Under the pieces are notes generated by a model, which was not told the DNA's origin, searched no databases, and worked only from the letters and a program-made list of their open reading frames with translations. This document shows, piece by piece, positions 10,798-21,789 of a stretch of 64,000 bases of DNA; position 1 is the first letter of the stretch, and each line of letters begins with the position of its first letter. The DNA comes from Octopus sinensis. Taxonomy: Eukaryota. The position numbers and the translations under genes were made by a program. The DNA is taken from the NCBI RefSeq assembly GCF_006345805.1, contig NC_043009.1:21266001-21330000 (forward strand). The letters are read 5' to 3'.

Positions 10798-11816
10798 AGC
10801 ATTACAACAGATTTAAGATGCTGAGTGCTCATCAGCCAATTAAATAGGTGTTCCATTAATATAAAAGCTTTCAAATCAAGTAGCAACATTATAGAGAAGG
10901 TAGATATACAGACAAAGATGTAGATTTAAATTTTAAGAACATATGAGGTAGTAAAGTCCAACCACTGACTGACCAAGCTATGGCTGTATCTAACTGCTAT
11001 AAGGTTAGAAGTAATAAAGATTTTTTAGTTGTAGGAATGGGGTAAAGGAGGTTACAGAATAATATAAAAGGAATTCAAGTTGAAGACAGTAGTTGCCACT
11101 AACAAAATGCCAATTACTGCTATTTGGTGAGAGAAACTAGATCAATGTCAAATAGTCATTAATCCCCTTTACAGAGAGTAGGGGAAAAACCTATCACTTA
11201 TTATTATGAGTAGGCATAGTATTTTATAACTGGGGGAAAGCCTTATTAATTTTAAAACTAGATTAGATTTAGAAAAAATTCCAATTTCAAGTTTACAGTG
11301 AAGTTTTCTTAGTCATCTATGAAAGTTAAATTGAAAGCTAGCATAGTATATTTCTTATTATTATTATAATAAAAAGTTAAGATTTGAAAAATATAAGGAA
11401 TACTCACAATTTTTATTTAAAGTATTTAAACGTTCGGGTTGTGGAATGTATACAAGATACTTCCAACTACAGACGATTATTTAACATATTTATAATACTC
11501 TGACGTTTTAAAATTTCATAAGTTTCTTTCGAACAAAGTTGACAACCTTCCTTACTATTTCTATAAGGTTTCGCCCTTCTAACTATATCCCATTTTAGGT
11601 TGAATCCTATATTGTTTGTTTTTAGTTCCTAAATTCTGCTAGTGTTGTGCAACCTGCCTTATGTTTTAGTCTAAAAGAGGAAAAATGATTGTTAAGACGT
11701 CTTTTAAGATCCACCGAACATCCGAAATAAAGAAAGCTATTGTTAGAGGTTATGATCGTGCATTTATAAATTACGTTTTGGACTGAACAACGACTAGATA
11801 TATATATACATATATA

Positions 11817-12148
11817 ATGGCCCTCTCAGACATGCCCTCAGCCACGCAGAGAGCCACGATCACAAGTTATGCAGATGATACAAAAGTTTCACAGGCAATA
11901 CAGAACCCTGAAGACACTATGCACCTCCATGTGAGCTGGACAAAATAGACAAGTGAGCTGAAAAGAATAGCATGCAGTTCAATGCTGAAAAGCTTCAAGC
12001 TTTATGCTATCAGCATGCAAACACTAAATGCAATACCCAATAAATACACGGGACCTAGAGGGATTGCAATCCCAGAGGCACAATCATTGCGAGACCTGGG
12101 TATTTACATGAGTAATGATGCAACCTTTCATGTGCATGTTGCTAAATT
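11817..12148 (+). mobile_element. CR1/L2-type LINE internal RT fragment
   Basis: MALSDMPSATQRATITSYADDTKV...; an inverted near-copy of about 12870-13195. Confidence 0.9.
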
Positions 12149-12159
12149 TATTTTATCTA

Positions 12160-15125
12160 GTTTCAGCTCACGAGCTGAGGCTATGCTGGGGCACCGCCAT
12201 TTGGTGTTGCTACACGATTTTACTTCGCGAATGCTTTTTAGCAATTGTCATTTGGTGCATGAAAGAGTTCGATGCAGCTGCCCTCATCTGCACGTCCTGC
12301 AGTGAAGTTGGTTCATCTGGGACACCTGACAGGAAGAGATCCAGTTTTATTTTAAAGACATCTGCATACACCCCATGCAGGTCCCTCAGGTTCTTCGGGA
12401 GGATATTGAAGAGCTGTATGCCTCTGAAGCCCAGGCTATCACAGTATCTTGTCCTACATCTTGATGGCAAATTTGGAGTCATTGGCACTATACAGTGACG
12501 CCCAGTTCTAGCATTTGTGTAACTCTCGATGCCAAAGTTTGGGACAAGTCCTTCTAGGATCTTCCAGATGTATATTATTGCATTTCTTTCTCGCCTACGC
12601 TCTAAGGAGTAGAATCTGAATCTCTTGAGTCTTTCCCAGTAGCTTATATGCTGCACAGAGGCTATCTTCTTCGTGTAGCTTCGTTGGATCGCCTCAAGTT
12701 CTGTGATTAATTGACACTGGATGGTGACCATAGCTGAGAGCAATAGTCAAAGTGGCTTAGGATAAGTGTCCTCCAGAGGACCATCATGGTTTCCTGGTCT
12801 CTTGTTCTAAAGATTCTACGAATCCATCCGGTCAGCCGCCTACATTTCATTGCCAATTTAGCAACATGCACATGAAAGGTTGCATCATCACTCATGTAAA
12901 TACCCAGGTCTCGCAATGATTCTGCCTCTGGGATTGCAATCCCTCCAGGTCCAGTGTATTTATTGGGTATTGCATTTAGTTTTGCATGCTGATAGCATAA
13001 AACTTGAAACTTTTCAGCATTGAACTGCATGCTATTCTTTTCAACCCACTTGTCTATTTTGTCCAGCTCACATTGGAGGTGCATAGTGTCTTCAGGGTTC
13101 TGTATTGCCTGTGAAACTTTTGTATCATCTGCATAACTTGTGATCGTGGCTCTCTGCGTGGCTGAGGGCATGTCTGAGAGGGCCATTATGAACAGTAGTG
13201 GTCCCAAAACAGTGCCTTGCGGAACACCGCTCACTATTTGTGTGTTATTGAAGGTGGCCCTATTGGCTACTACCACCTGACTTCTATCCTTCAGAAAGTC
13301 ATGAAGCCATTCTCCCAATTTTCCAACTATGTCAAGGTCACGCAGTTTGTGACATATCATTCCATGATCGACTTTGTCAAAGGCATTTGCAGAGTCGAGA
13401 TATATGATTTCCACATTTGAGTGGTTGAGCTGACGTTTCAGCACCCAGTCATAGTGCTGCAGGAGCTGAGTTAGGCAGCTTTTTCCTGGTCGGAAACCAT
13501 GTTGGGTGTCAGGCAGCAAGCCATTTTCTTCAAGGAAGGTGATTAGTTTCCTTCTGACTATTCGTTCCATGACCTTGCTGATGTGTGAGGTCAGAGAGAT
13601 AGGTCTGTAGTTCTTGGCCTCCGCTCTGCTACCTCCTTTATGAATAGGGCATATTTTACCTTCCTTCAGTTTTCTTGGAAGTTTGCCAGTTGCAAGGAAG
13701 CTCTGAAAGAGGAACTGCAGTGGTCTTGCTAGGACTCTCTTACATACTTTTAGAAAGATTGCTGGGAATCCATCGGGGCCAGTAGCTGAGTTTGTTTTCA
13801 TTTCATCTATAGCCTTTATTACATCGTCTTCCTTTATATTGATGTAATCAATCATCGCTGCCTCTGATTTTATATCTGCAGTAGTAAAGAAGTCAGTTGG
13901 ATTGCTGACTTGAAAATGCCCTAGGGGTGGAGTGAAAATACTCTTCAATTGCTCATTCAGTATTTCACTTATCCTCATTGGATTTCCTGTGAGTGTGCCA
14001 TCCTTTTCAAGGAGAGGCCCTATCCTACAGTGCACCGTAGCTGTTTCTTTGGCATATCTGTAGAAAGCTCTGGGGTTAGATTTTATGTTGTCTATAGCCC
14101 AGGCTTCTTTGCTCTTTCCTTTTCATGGGAGGGTTGCAGACATTTTTCAATTTCCAACAGTTTTATTTTCAGGCGGGACTTTTCACTGCTTTCAATTTGT
14201 TTGTTTAGGCGATTTGAAACTTTTGTACGCCGTCTCATTATAATTTTCCTCTCTCTGAGGATTTTGTTCTTGTGTACAGTGGCCTTTCTCTCTGGGACAC
14301 ATTTGTAGCATATGGCTTGCATTACAGACATGAATTGTTGAAGTTTCATGTCGATGTTTGGTGAGGAGAGACATTCAGGCCAGTTTTGTTTGAGGATCTC
14401 TTTCTCAATTTGTTTCCAGTTTGCCTTATGGAAGTTCAAGCTAGAAAGATTCTGAGAGTTTCTTGTAGACTGCATGTCCATGCTTTCCTTTGGCCCGTAC
14501 ATGGTCAGCTCTACCATGTTGTGATCCGAGAGTAGTGTCGGTGTCACTTTCACATTATGGATGAGATCCATATTATTTGTGAAGCAGAGATCCAGTGTGC
14601 TACCTGCCTTGGTTGGTTGGAGTATTATTTGCTCCATGTTCAGAGTGTTGATGAGATTCAGGGGCGACCTCGCCTGTCCTCGTTCGCATCGTGTCATTCC
14701 TGGGAGAGAAAGGCCCTCGGGCCATCTGACGTTTGGTAGATTGAAGTCTCCTCTAAGAAGTACACTTATGTGTTGTTCTAATGTGACTAGAACTTCTATT
14801 TTTATAAGGCAATCTTCAAACTTGCCTACATGGCATGGGGCATCTGGAGGGTGATATGTAGGACATATAACTACACCAAGTTGCTTTACATGTACAATTA
14901 GTGTGTCTCACACCGAATTTGAGTATGACAAAAGGACCTGGGGTGTGAGGTCCTCGCAGATGTACATAGCAACTCCTCCATGACTCCTTTCTTTTCTGTC
15001 GGTCCGTAGTACAACATATTTGGTATGTGTATTTCCGCATCTGCTATGTCCGGTTTCAGGTGTGTTTCCGTAAGTGCTATACATAAGGCTTGATTGCATG
15101 CAACAAGGTTTCTCAAGAACGGGAT

Positions 15126-15133
<8 letters not shown>
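12160..15133 (-). mobile_element. CR1/L2-type LINE with APE and RT, 5' truncated, frameshifted
   Basis: CIALTETHL (APE), NYRPISLTS, QHGFRPGKSCLTQL, GVPQGTVLGPLLF, YADDTK, SLERRRER; 3' tail at 12160-12198. Confidence 0.95.
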
Positions 15134-15217
<84 letters not shown>

Positions 15218-15274
15218 TAAAATTATAAGTATATGAAAGAATGGAGTTGAACGACTAGTTAACAAATATCCTTT

Positions 15275-15359
15275 ATTCTCGACATATGTTTCGAAGGCTG
15301 CATATGCCTAATTCCGAAGGAATAAGGAGTACATTATACAGATTTCTCTTCAGGAAAAT
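15275..15359 (-). ncRNA. Hammerhead ribozyme (left palindrome arm)
   Basis: attttc-CTGAAGA-gaa..ctgtata...tatgcag..ttc-GAAA-CATATGTC-gagaat. Confidence 0.85.
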
Positions 15360-15474
15360 CAAGGAAACTTATGTCGACATCAAAATGCACAAAAAACTTT
15401 TAGCTGACCGCTCTCCTTGAGAGCGGTCAGCTAAAAGTTTTTTGTGCATTTTGATGTCGACATAAGTTTCCTTG

Positions 15475-15559
15475 ATTTTCCTGAAGAGAAATCTGCATAA
15501 TGTACTCCTTATTCCTTCGGAATTAGGCATATGCAGCCTTCGAAACATATGTCGAGAAT
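15475..15559 (+). ncRNA. Hammerhead ribozyme (right palindrome arm)
   Basis: attttc-CTGAAGA-gaa..ctgcata...tatgcag..ttc-GAAA-CATATGTC-gagaat. Helix I is 6 bp, palindromic ACATATGT stem III. Confidence 0.88.
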
Positions 15560-15775
15560 AAAGGATATTTGTTAACTAGTCGTTCAACTCCATTCTTTCA
15601 TATACTTATAATTTTAAAATTAACATACAAATTTCCGCACGAAGACACGTAGTCTATGCCTTAGGGACGTAGCTTCAACCGTGTTCTTTCTGATGTGAAT
15701 TTGCTACCCAGGTATCGGTTATCTTTCGAAGATAATTCATTCAATTACTCAAATATATATATATATATATATATA

Positions 15776-17043
15776 CGATGGGCGTTCAATAAGTAATACC
15801 CCTGACCCACTTGCAGTAGTTTGATCTAGCTGAAATGTTGCATGTGCACTTATTTATACCTCTATAGATTAAGTGGCGAATTACAGCTCTGAACTAATAG
15901 TGGGTTCTGATTTACAGGTGTTTGAACTGAGTCAAGTGTGAAATGGAGCCTGTTGAGTGTCGAGCAGTGATCTGGTTTTTGTATTTGAAAGGACGCACAC
16001 CACGGGAGACTTTTGATGAAATGAAAGTAACTTATGGTGATGATGCCCCATCATATGACCTTGTAAAACGCTGGCATTGTGAATTCAAACATAGTCGGAA
16101 CTCTGTGGAAACAGCTCCCAGATCTGGTCGCCCCCTTCTGCCGTTGATGAGACGTCTGTCCGTCAAGTTGAGGCTGCCATTTTGGAAGGTCAACGCATAA
16201 CTATTCGCCAAATAGCCCATAAGGTCAAGATTAGTACCGGGTCTGTGGAAACTATCATTCATGACCATTTGCATATGCAAAAGGTGTCTGCCAGATGGAT
16301 TTCCAGGTTGCTCACACCTTTCCAGAAGCAAGAACGCGTTGAGTGCTCGAGGATGAATTTGGAGATGTGCCAAGAAGATGAGTCAAAATGTTTCAAAAGA
16401 CTGATCACACAGGATAAAACCTGGGTCCATCACTATGATCCATAGACCAAAGCCCAGTCAATGCAGGGAAAGCACCGTGACTCACCTCCTCCAAAGAAGG
16501 CAAGGGTGCAGCCCTCCGCTGACAAGGTTATGCTCACAGTCTTCTGGGACCAGGACGGAGTAGTGATGACAGATTTCCTGGCAAAGGGTACCACAATTAC
16601 AGGAGCCTATTATGCTTCACTTTTGAGGAAATTAAGAGAAGCTATTAAAATGAAGAGGCGGGGCAAGATCAGCAAAGGCATCCTCCTCCTGCAGGACAAC
16701 GCTCCGGTCCACAACTCGCGTATCGCCAGATCAGAAGCACAGGCGCGCAGCTATGAACTCCTCCCCTTGCACCCTCTGATTTTCACCTCTTCCCAGCCAT
16801 GAAGTTGATTTTGAAAGGAAAGCGTTTCCCAGATGATGCAGCCTTGATTTCTGAAGTCACGTCGTGGTTGGAGGACCAAGCTGGGGTCTTCTACAAAAAC
16901 GGTCTCCAGAGCTGTATCAAACGATGGGAGAAATGCATAACTCTGGGTAGTTCCTATGTAGGAAAAGACTAATAACTGTGCCGTGTCGTTGCTCTACTGC
17001 TATGGGAAGTGGGTCAGGGGAATTACTTATTGAACGCCCCTCG
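15776..17043 (+). mobile_element. Tc1/mariner transposon, near full length
   Basis: About 36-bp TIRs (CGA(T/G)GGGCGTTCAATAAGTAAT..CCCCTGACCCACT) flanked by TA. Confidence 0.95.
15943..16950 (+). pseudogene. Mariner transposase, disrupted
   Basis: RAVIWFLYLKG, PRSGRP, KVSARWISRLLT, WVHHYDP, MLTVFWD, LLQDNAPVH. Frameshift near 16135, TAG at 16443, YSPDL motif deleted near 16770. Confidence 0.93.
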
Positions 17044-17122
17044 TATGTGTGTGACTGCGTGTGTACCGTTGGCGATTTTTTTTTCCTCTGTCTTCCCTTC
17101 TCTGGATCTTTCCTTCTCCTAT

Positions 17123-17157
17123 GTTTCCGACGAAGAGCTCCGCTCGAAACGTTAAAC
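17123..17157 (+). ncRNA. Very minimal hammerhead-like motif in a pLTR-like fragment (about 17060-17260)
   Basis: gttt-CCGACGA-a-gagc tcc gctc-GAAACGTT-aaac. U4C core; stem III is ACGT with no loop. Confidence 0.6.
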
Positions 17158-17252
17158 CCTCTTTCTTTCCTTCTTTCCTGAGCGTCCAATAATACTATAT
17201 TTGTTCCACGTCCTCGCGTTGTTGTGTTTTTTTTGTGCTTTCTTGTTTGTAT

Positions 17253-17316
<64 letters not shown>

Positions 17317-17319
17317 AAA

Positions 17320-19275
17320 AAAGCAACAAGAATGGATCAATATATCGGTACAATTGTTTCGTACGAGGACATCTTAATAAAGCTACAAATTTGCATTAAA
17401 TATAGATGGCTCGTACTCATCAGCCGAAAAAACATCCGAGATTCCCAAACATGAAAGGGATTAATGTTACACTCGTGAAACATCAAAATTCTATAAAAAT
17501 GAGAATTTAGATAACATATTGGTTTCTAAGAGTTCAATTAGTGTTACACAGTCATATATCAGGTTATTAAAAAGTTTTTTCAAAACATCTTAGTTTTCCA
17601 GAAAGTGAAGATAAAAGTGAGGGTGTGAGTTTATCCGTATTGAAGAAAGTTTGATTCCTGGAGATCTGATGAGAGGTATCGAACTCACAGAATATGTGCT
17701 TGTCCATATATAGTTCATAGTAAATTGTTAATCAAGCTATGTGAAGAAATTTTGGATACAATCGTGCGAAATTTCTGAAAACTGCTGTATTATAATCCGA
17801 GGAATAAGCGTAGCGACAGCCTTATAGTGGATACGAACAGGCTGCTATCGAAATCTACAAGAATCACAGAGCTAAAGGAAGAAAGTTGAATTTGACCAAC
17901 TACTGCTATTAATTGCTATATAAAGAGGAAATGGGAAGATGAAAGGGAGGGTCAAAAGTTGTTACTATAAGAAAACATCTTAGCGTATTTGGTGCAAAAT
18001 TCGAACGGAGTTCATTTAATTTATTTCTTTATTTATTAATGTTACTATTAATAGATTGTCAGGTTATGGGGATACAATGAGAGGTCAGAAGAAAAGAAAA
18101 GAAAATGGAGTTATTTTCTAATGAAACCGTTCTATTATATTAAATTATATTATATTATAGGTTTGGGATTAGCAGAATTAGTTATTAGTGTAAAATAACT
18201 AAGAAGTTTAACTAACTAATTTCCTATAAGTAGGTTAAATTAAAATAGACTAAGAATTAGAGAGAAATAATTTAAATTATCTACATAGTCTAATAGAATG
18301 AAGAATTAAATCATTTAACTTAAATCAATGAGTATCATCTAGTACAGTTAGAGAGAGAATATAATCATAGCTAATTAGATCGTAGCTGTCTAATTAAATA
18401 TATAATATAATATGTAGGAGTAAAGTTTTATTCAAAGTGATTTTATATAAAGTGATTTTAATATATACTGTTATCAATTAAAACATCATTTAAAATATTT
18501 AAGAGTCTTAGTCCGAGCGTGGATACAAGAATTTCCAGTTCAATCCTGCTGTTCAATAAAATATCATTATTTTTTCTATACATTAGCATTTCAAATGTTT
18601 CCATGGAGCAAAGTTGACAACCTACTCTGCTATTTTTATAGGATATCGCTCTTCTAACTAATTCCCAATTAAGGTTATATTTGGTATTATTGTTTTTTAG
18701 TTCCCAAATTTTACTAGAAAGCTTTATGACGTAATCTGAAGGAGGATAGATGATTGCTAATTCTTTTCCTAAAATTTACGGTACATCCTACATAAGTGAA
18801 TTTATTATTATATGTGGTTATGGAGCATTTGTAGATTATGTTATTTAACCCGCATAAACCAGGCGCCGGGCATTTTGATTTAATTCTGCAGTTACATCTA
18901 GGGGAATTATAATTTGAAGTGGAATAATTCGAGGATAGAAGTCTCATACTACTGTTACTCGAAACAGTACGAGTATATTTTTCATAATTTTGGTTACTGC
19001 TGTTATCTAAAATAATGTTATCATTATTGTAGTTAATATTATTATCTAAAGTAGTATTGTCATTTATCAGTATTCTTACAGTATCATTTGGTTCTATAAC
19101 CCTACTTTCATTATTAATATTGTTGATGCTGTTATCTAAAATAATGTTATCATTATTGTAGTTAATGTTATTATCTAAAGTAGTATTATCATTTATCGGT
19201 ATTTTTACACTATCATTTGGTTCTATAACCCTACTTTCATTATTAATATTGTTGATGCTGTTAGTATTGTTGTCG
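17320..19275 (-). mobile_element. PLE copy B (CNCR-type GIY-YIG, possibly Nematis-like), 5' truncated
   Basis: ORF 18714-19421 contains CNCRIKSKCPAPGLCGLNNIIYKC...YVGCTVNFRKRISNH, an Asn-rich duplicated linker and a 3' HHR. Confidence 0.9.
17345..17427 (-). ncRNA. Intact type I hammerhead ribozyme
   Basis: tcgg-CTGATGA-gtacgag...ctcgtac-GAAA-CAATTGTA-ccga. Canonical core and a 7-bp stem II. Confidence 0.92.
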
Positions 19276-19459
19276 AGTTGTACCCGCGTGAGCGGAAAAG
19301 ACCACCCGGAAGACCTCCACGACGGTGGAGTTACTATTTCAGGAGGACGATTGGGATCACGTGGATGAGAAAGGCGCGATCCAGAGAGGAGTGGACAGCG
19401 TGCTGTGACCAGCGGTGTCAAATGGACGCCTGACGGACTGGTCAGTCAAGGTGATCAAG

Positions 19460-19465
<6 letters not shown>
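19270..19465 (+). mobile_element. RTE-type LINE 3' end
   Basis: Translates as YPRERKRPPGRPPRRWS..TIGITWMRKARSREEW; short tandem tail TCAAGGTGA x2. Confidence 0.75.
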
Positions 19466-19526
<61 letters not shown>

Positions 19527-19614
19527 ATATATATATATATATATGCGTGTGTGTGTGTGTATGTGTGTGTGTGTGTGTCTGTGTCTGTGTGTGTATATAT
19601 ATATATGTGCATAT

Positions 19615-20581
19615 TTTTTCGTTGTTTAAAAAATGTCCATTTCTTCGGTTTTGTGTTTATGTTTATGTGTTCGTTTCTCATTGTGTTCAACGTTTTTTTG
19701 GTGTCGTGTACCCATATATGCATGTATATATACATGTAGAGGTAGGTACGTACATATATGTATGTATATATGCATATGTTTTATTTATTTATTTATATAT
19801 GACTGAACGCACGCATCCATTTCTAAGTAAGATTGTTCTTAATATTAATACTGATGCGCACTCTTAACCTTTCTCTCTCCCCCTCCCTTTCTCAGCCTTC
19901 ATTCTTTTTGGCTTTCCTTTTCTTCTACCTCACTGTCTCTCCCTCTCTTTCTCATTCTTCATTCTTTTCTCTACCACCGTCCCCGTTTTTTTCTCTCCCT
20001 TTATCTTACTCCTCCTCCGTCCCGTCGCGGTCACGTGATGAGATGCCTATTTCTGTCTTTTCTTCTCCAGCTTCCCCAAAATCTGTTGCTCTGCCGATCC
20101 CAAATAATAGCGTTCGTAAAAAAAAAAAATTTTTTAATTTTATCTCGTTTGGTTTAACAGCCCTCCTTGTTTGTGTTACTGTTATTCTCCGTTGCCCTGT
20201 TTATATTTTGTACTGTCGTTACTGTCCTGTTTTTGTTACCATTTTTACCCCTCCGCAAAAAAATCTCAAATTTTATTTAATTTGATTTCCGCGGGAAGGA
20301 AAATTTCATTGAAGTCATGTATCGCCTGACCTTCGTAACGTGGAGTAGATGAAATTGAGGCGACTGAAGAAGGGGAATTTTCCTTGTTTGTATGTCCTGT
20401 ACTCTATTTTTTCGTTGTTTAAAAAAATGTTCATTTCTTCGGTTTTGTGTTTATGTTTATGTTTTCGTTTCTCATTGTGTTCAACGTTTTTTTTTTTGGT
20501 GTCCTGTACCCATATATGCATGTATATATACATGTAGAGGTAGGTACGTACATATATGTATGTATATATGCATATGTTTTA

Positions 20582-20595
<14 letters not shown>
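19615..20595. repeat. About 185-bp direct repeat (19615-19800 and 20408-20595)
   Basis: Near-identical blocks about 790 bp apart; a pLTR-like partial tandem is possible. Confidence 0.75.
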
Positions 20596-20623
<28 letters not shown>

Positions 20624-20708
20624 ATATATATGTATATATATATATGTATATATATATATGTATATATATATGTATATATATATACATATATATGTATATA
20701 TATATATG

Positions 20709-20741
<33 letters not shown>

Positions 20742-20927
20742 GTGTGTGTATTTATATATATGTATATATATATGTATATATACATGTATATATATATGTA
20801 TATATATGTATATATATATGCATATATATATATGTATATATATATGTATATATATATGTGTATATATATGTATATATATATGTATATATATATGTATCTA
20901 TATATATATGTATATATGTGTATATAT

Positions 20928-21530
20928 AAAGCACGCGGAGTTCTGTTTTTGATTCGACGGTCATTCGGATTGCTCACAGCAGCCATATTCCTACCGCTCT
21001 ATGTCACGCTGGTGAGACCCATATTGGAGTACGGGATTCAAGCCTCTTCTCCTTATCTCCTCAAAGACATACAGCATCTCGAAAGAATCCAGAAATTGGC
21101 TACCCGCATGGTTCTTGGTCTCAAGCATTTGTCTTATGAAGAAAGGCTGAAGACGCTCGACCTTTATTCTCTAGAAAAACGACGACGCCGTGGTGATCTC
21201 ATTCTTGCTCACAACATCATAAGCGGAAAGTGTAACCTCTCGAAAGAGCTGTTCTTCACTCCTGCTCCAGAGCGTCGGCTGCAGGGTCACTCCGAAAAGC
21301 TCTATCTGCGACGATTTCATCTCAATCGAAGGAGAGGGGCTTTCTCCGTCCGGGTTGCGGATCCGTGGAATAAGCTGCCAGACGAGATAGTGAAGATGTC
21401 GACGACCGCTCGGTTCAAAGTCTCCCTTGACCATAAATGGCCTGAACTCTTTACATGAACACCACCCTGTACTTAACTCCATGTCCCCCTACATGGCCTT
21501 GCTTTTTGCTTTTTGAGCCAAAAAATTAAC
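20928..21530 (+). mobile_element. CR1-type LINE 3' fragment (different family)
   Basis: [62 protein letters not shown]. Confidence 0.92.
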
Positions 21531-21545
21531 TAACTAACTAAAACG

Positions 21546-21595
<50 letters not shown>

Positions 21596-21638
21596 GTGTG
21601 TGTGTGTGTGTTGTGTGTGTGTGTGTGTGTGTGTGTGT

Positions 21639-21681
<43 letters not shown>

Positions 21682-21789
21682 TTGTATATATATATAAATT
21701 CAGCAAAATTTAGATTCAAATGACTATGGTACTTAAGTTAGATGCACCAGAATTTTGTATGGTGTTATCCATATAAATCAATGGGGTGA

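Larger units (their letters stand above)
6658..10839 (-). ncRNA. Hammerhead ribozyme split by the gypsy insertion (halves 10798-10839 and 6658-6706)
   Basis: Reconstructed: ttgg-CTGATGA-gcac...gttgta atgct tacaac...gtgc-GAAA-CAATTGTA-ccaa. The core is canonical. Confidence 0.85.
6622..11795 (-). mobile_element. PLE copy A (3' part: GIY-YIG remnant, long 3' region, HHR), interrupted by the gypsy element
   Basis: Minus-strand translation near 11640-11790 gives RCSVQNVIYKCTIITSNNSFLYFGCSVDLKRRLNNHFSSFRLKHKAGCTTL. 6622-6706 joined to 10803 onward is colinear with 21790-23350. Confidence 0.88.
15217..15755. mobile_element. PLE pLTR with inverted duplication (401-bp palindrome 15217-15617)
   Basis: 199-bp arms, 3-nt loop at 15416-15418, one mismatch seen. 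The right arm continues to about 15755, homologous to 35560-35890 (minus). Confidence 0.9.
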
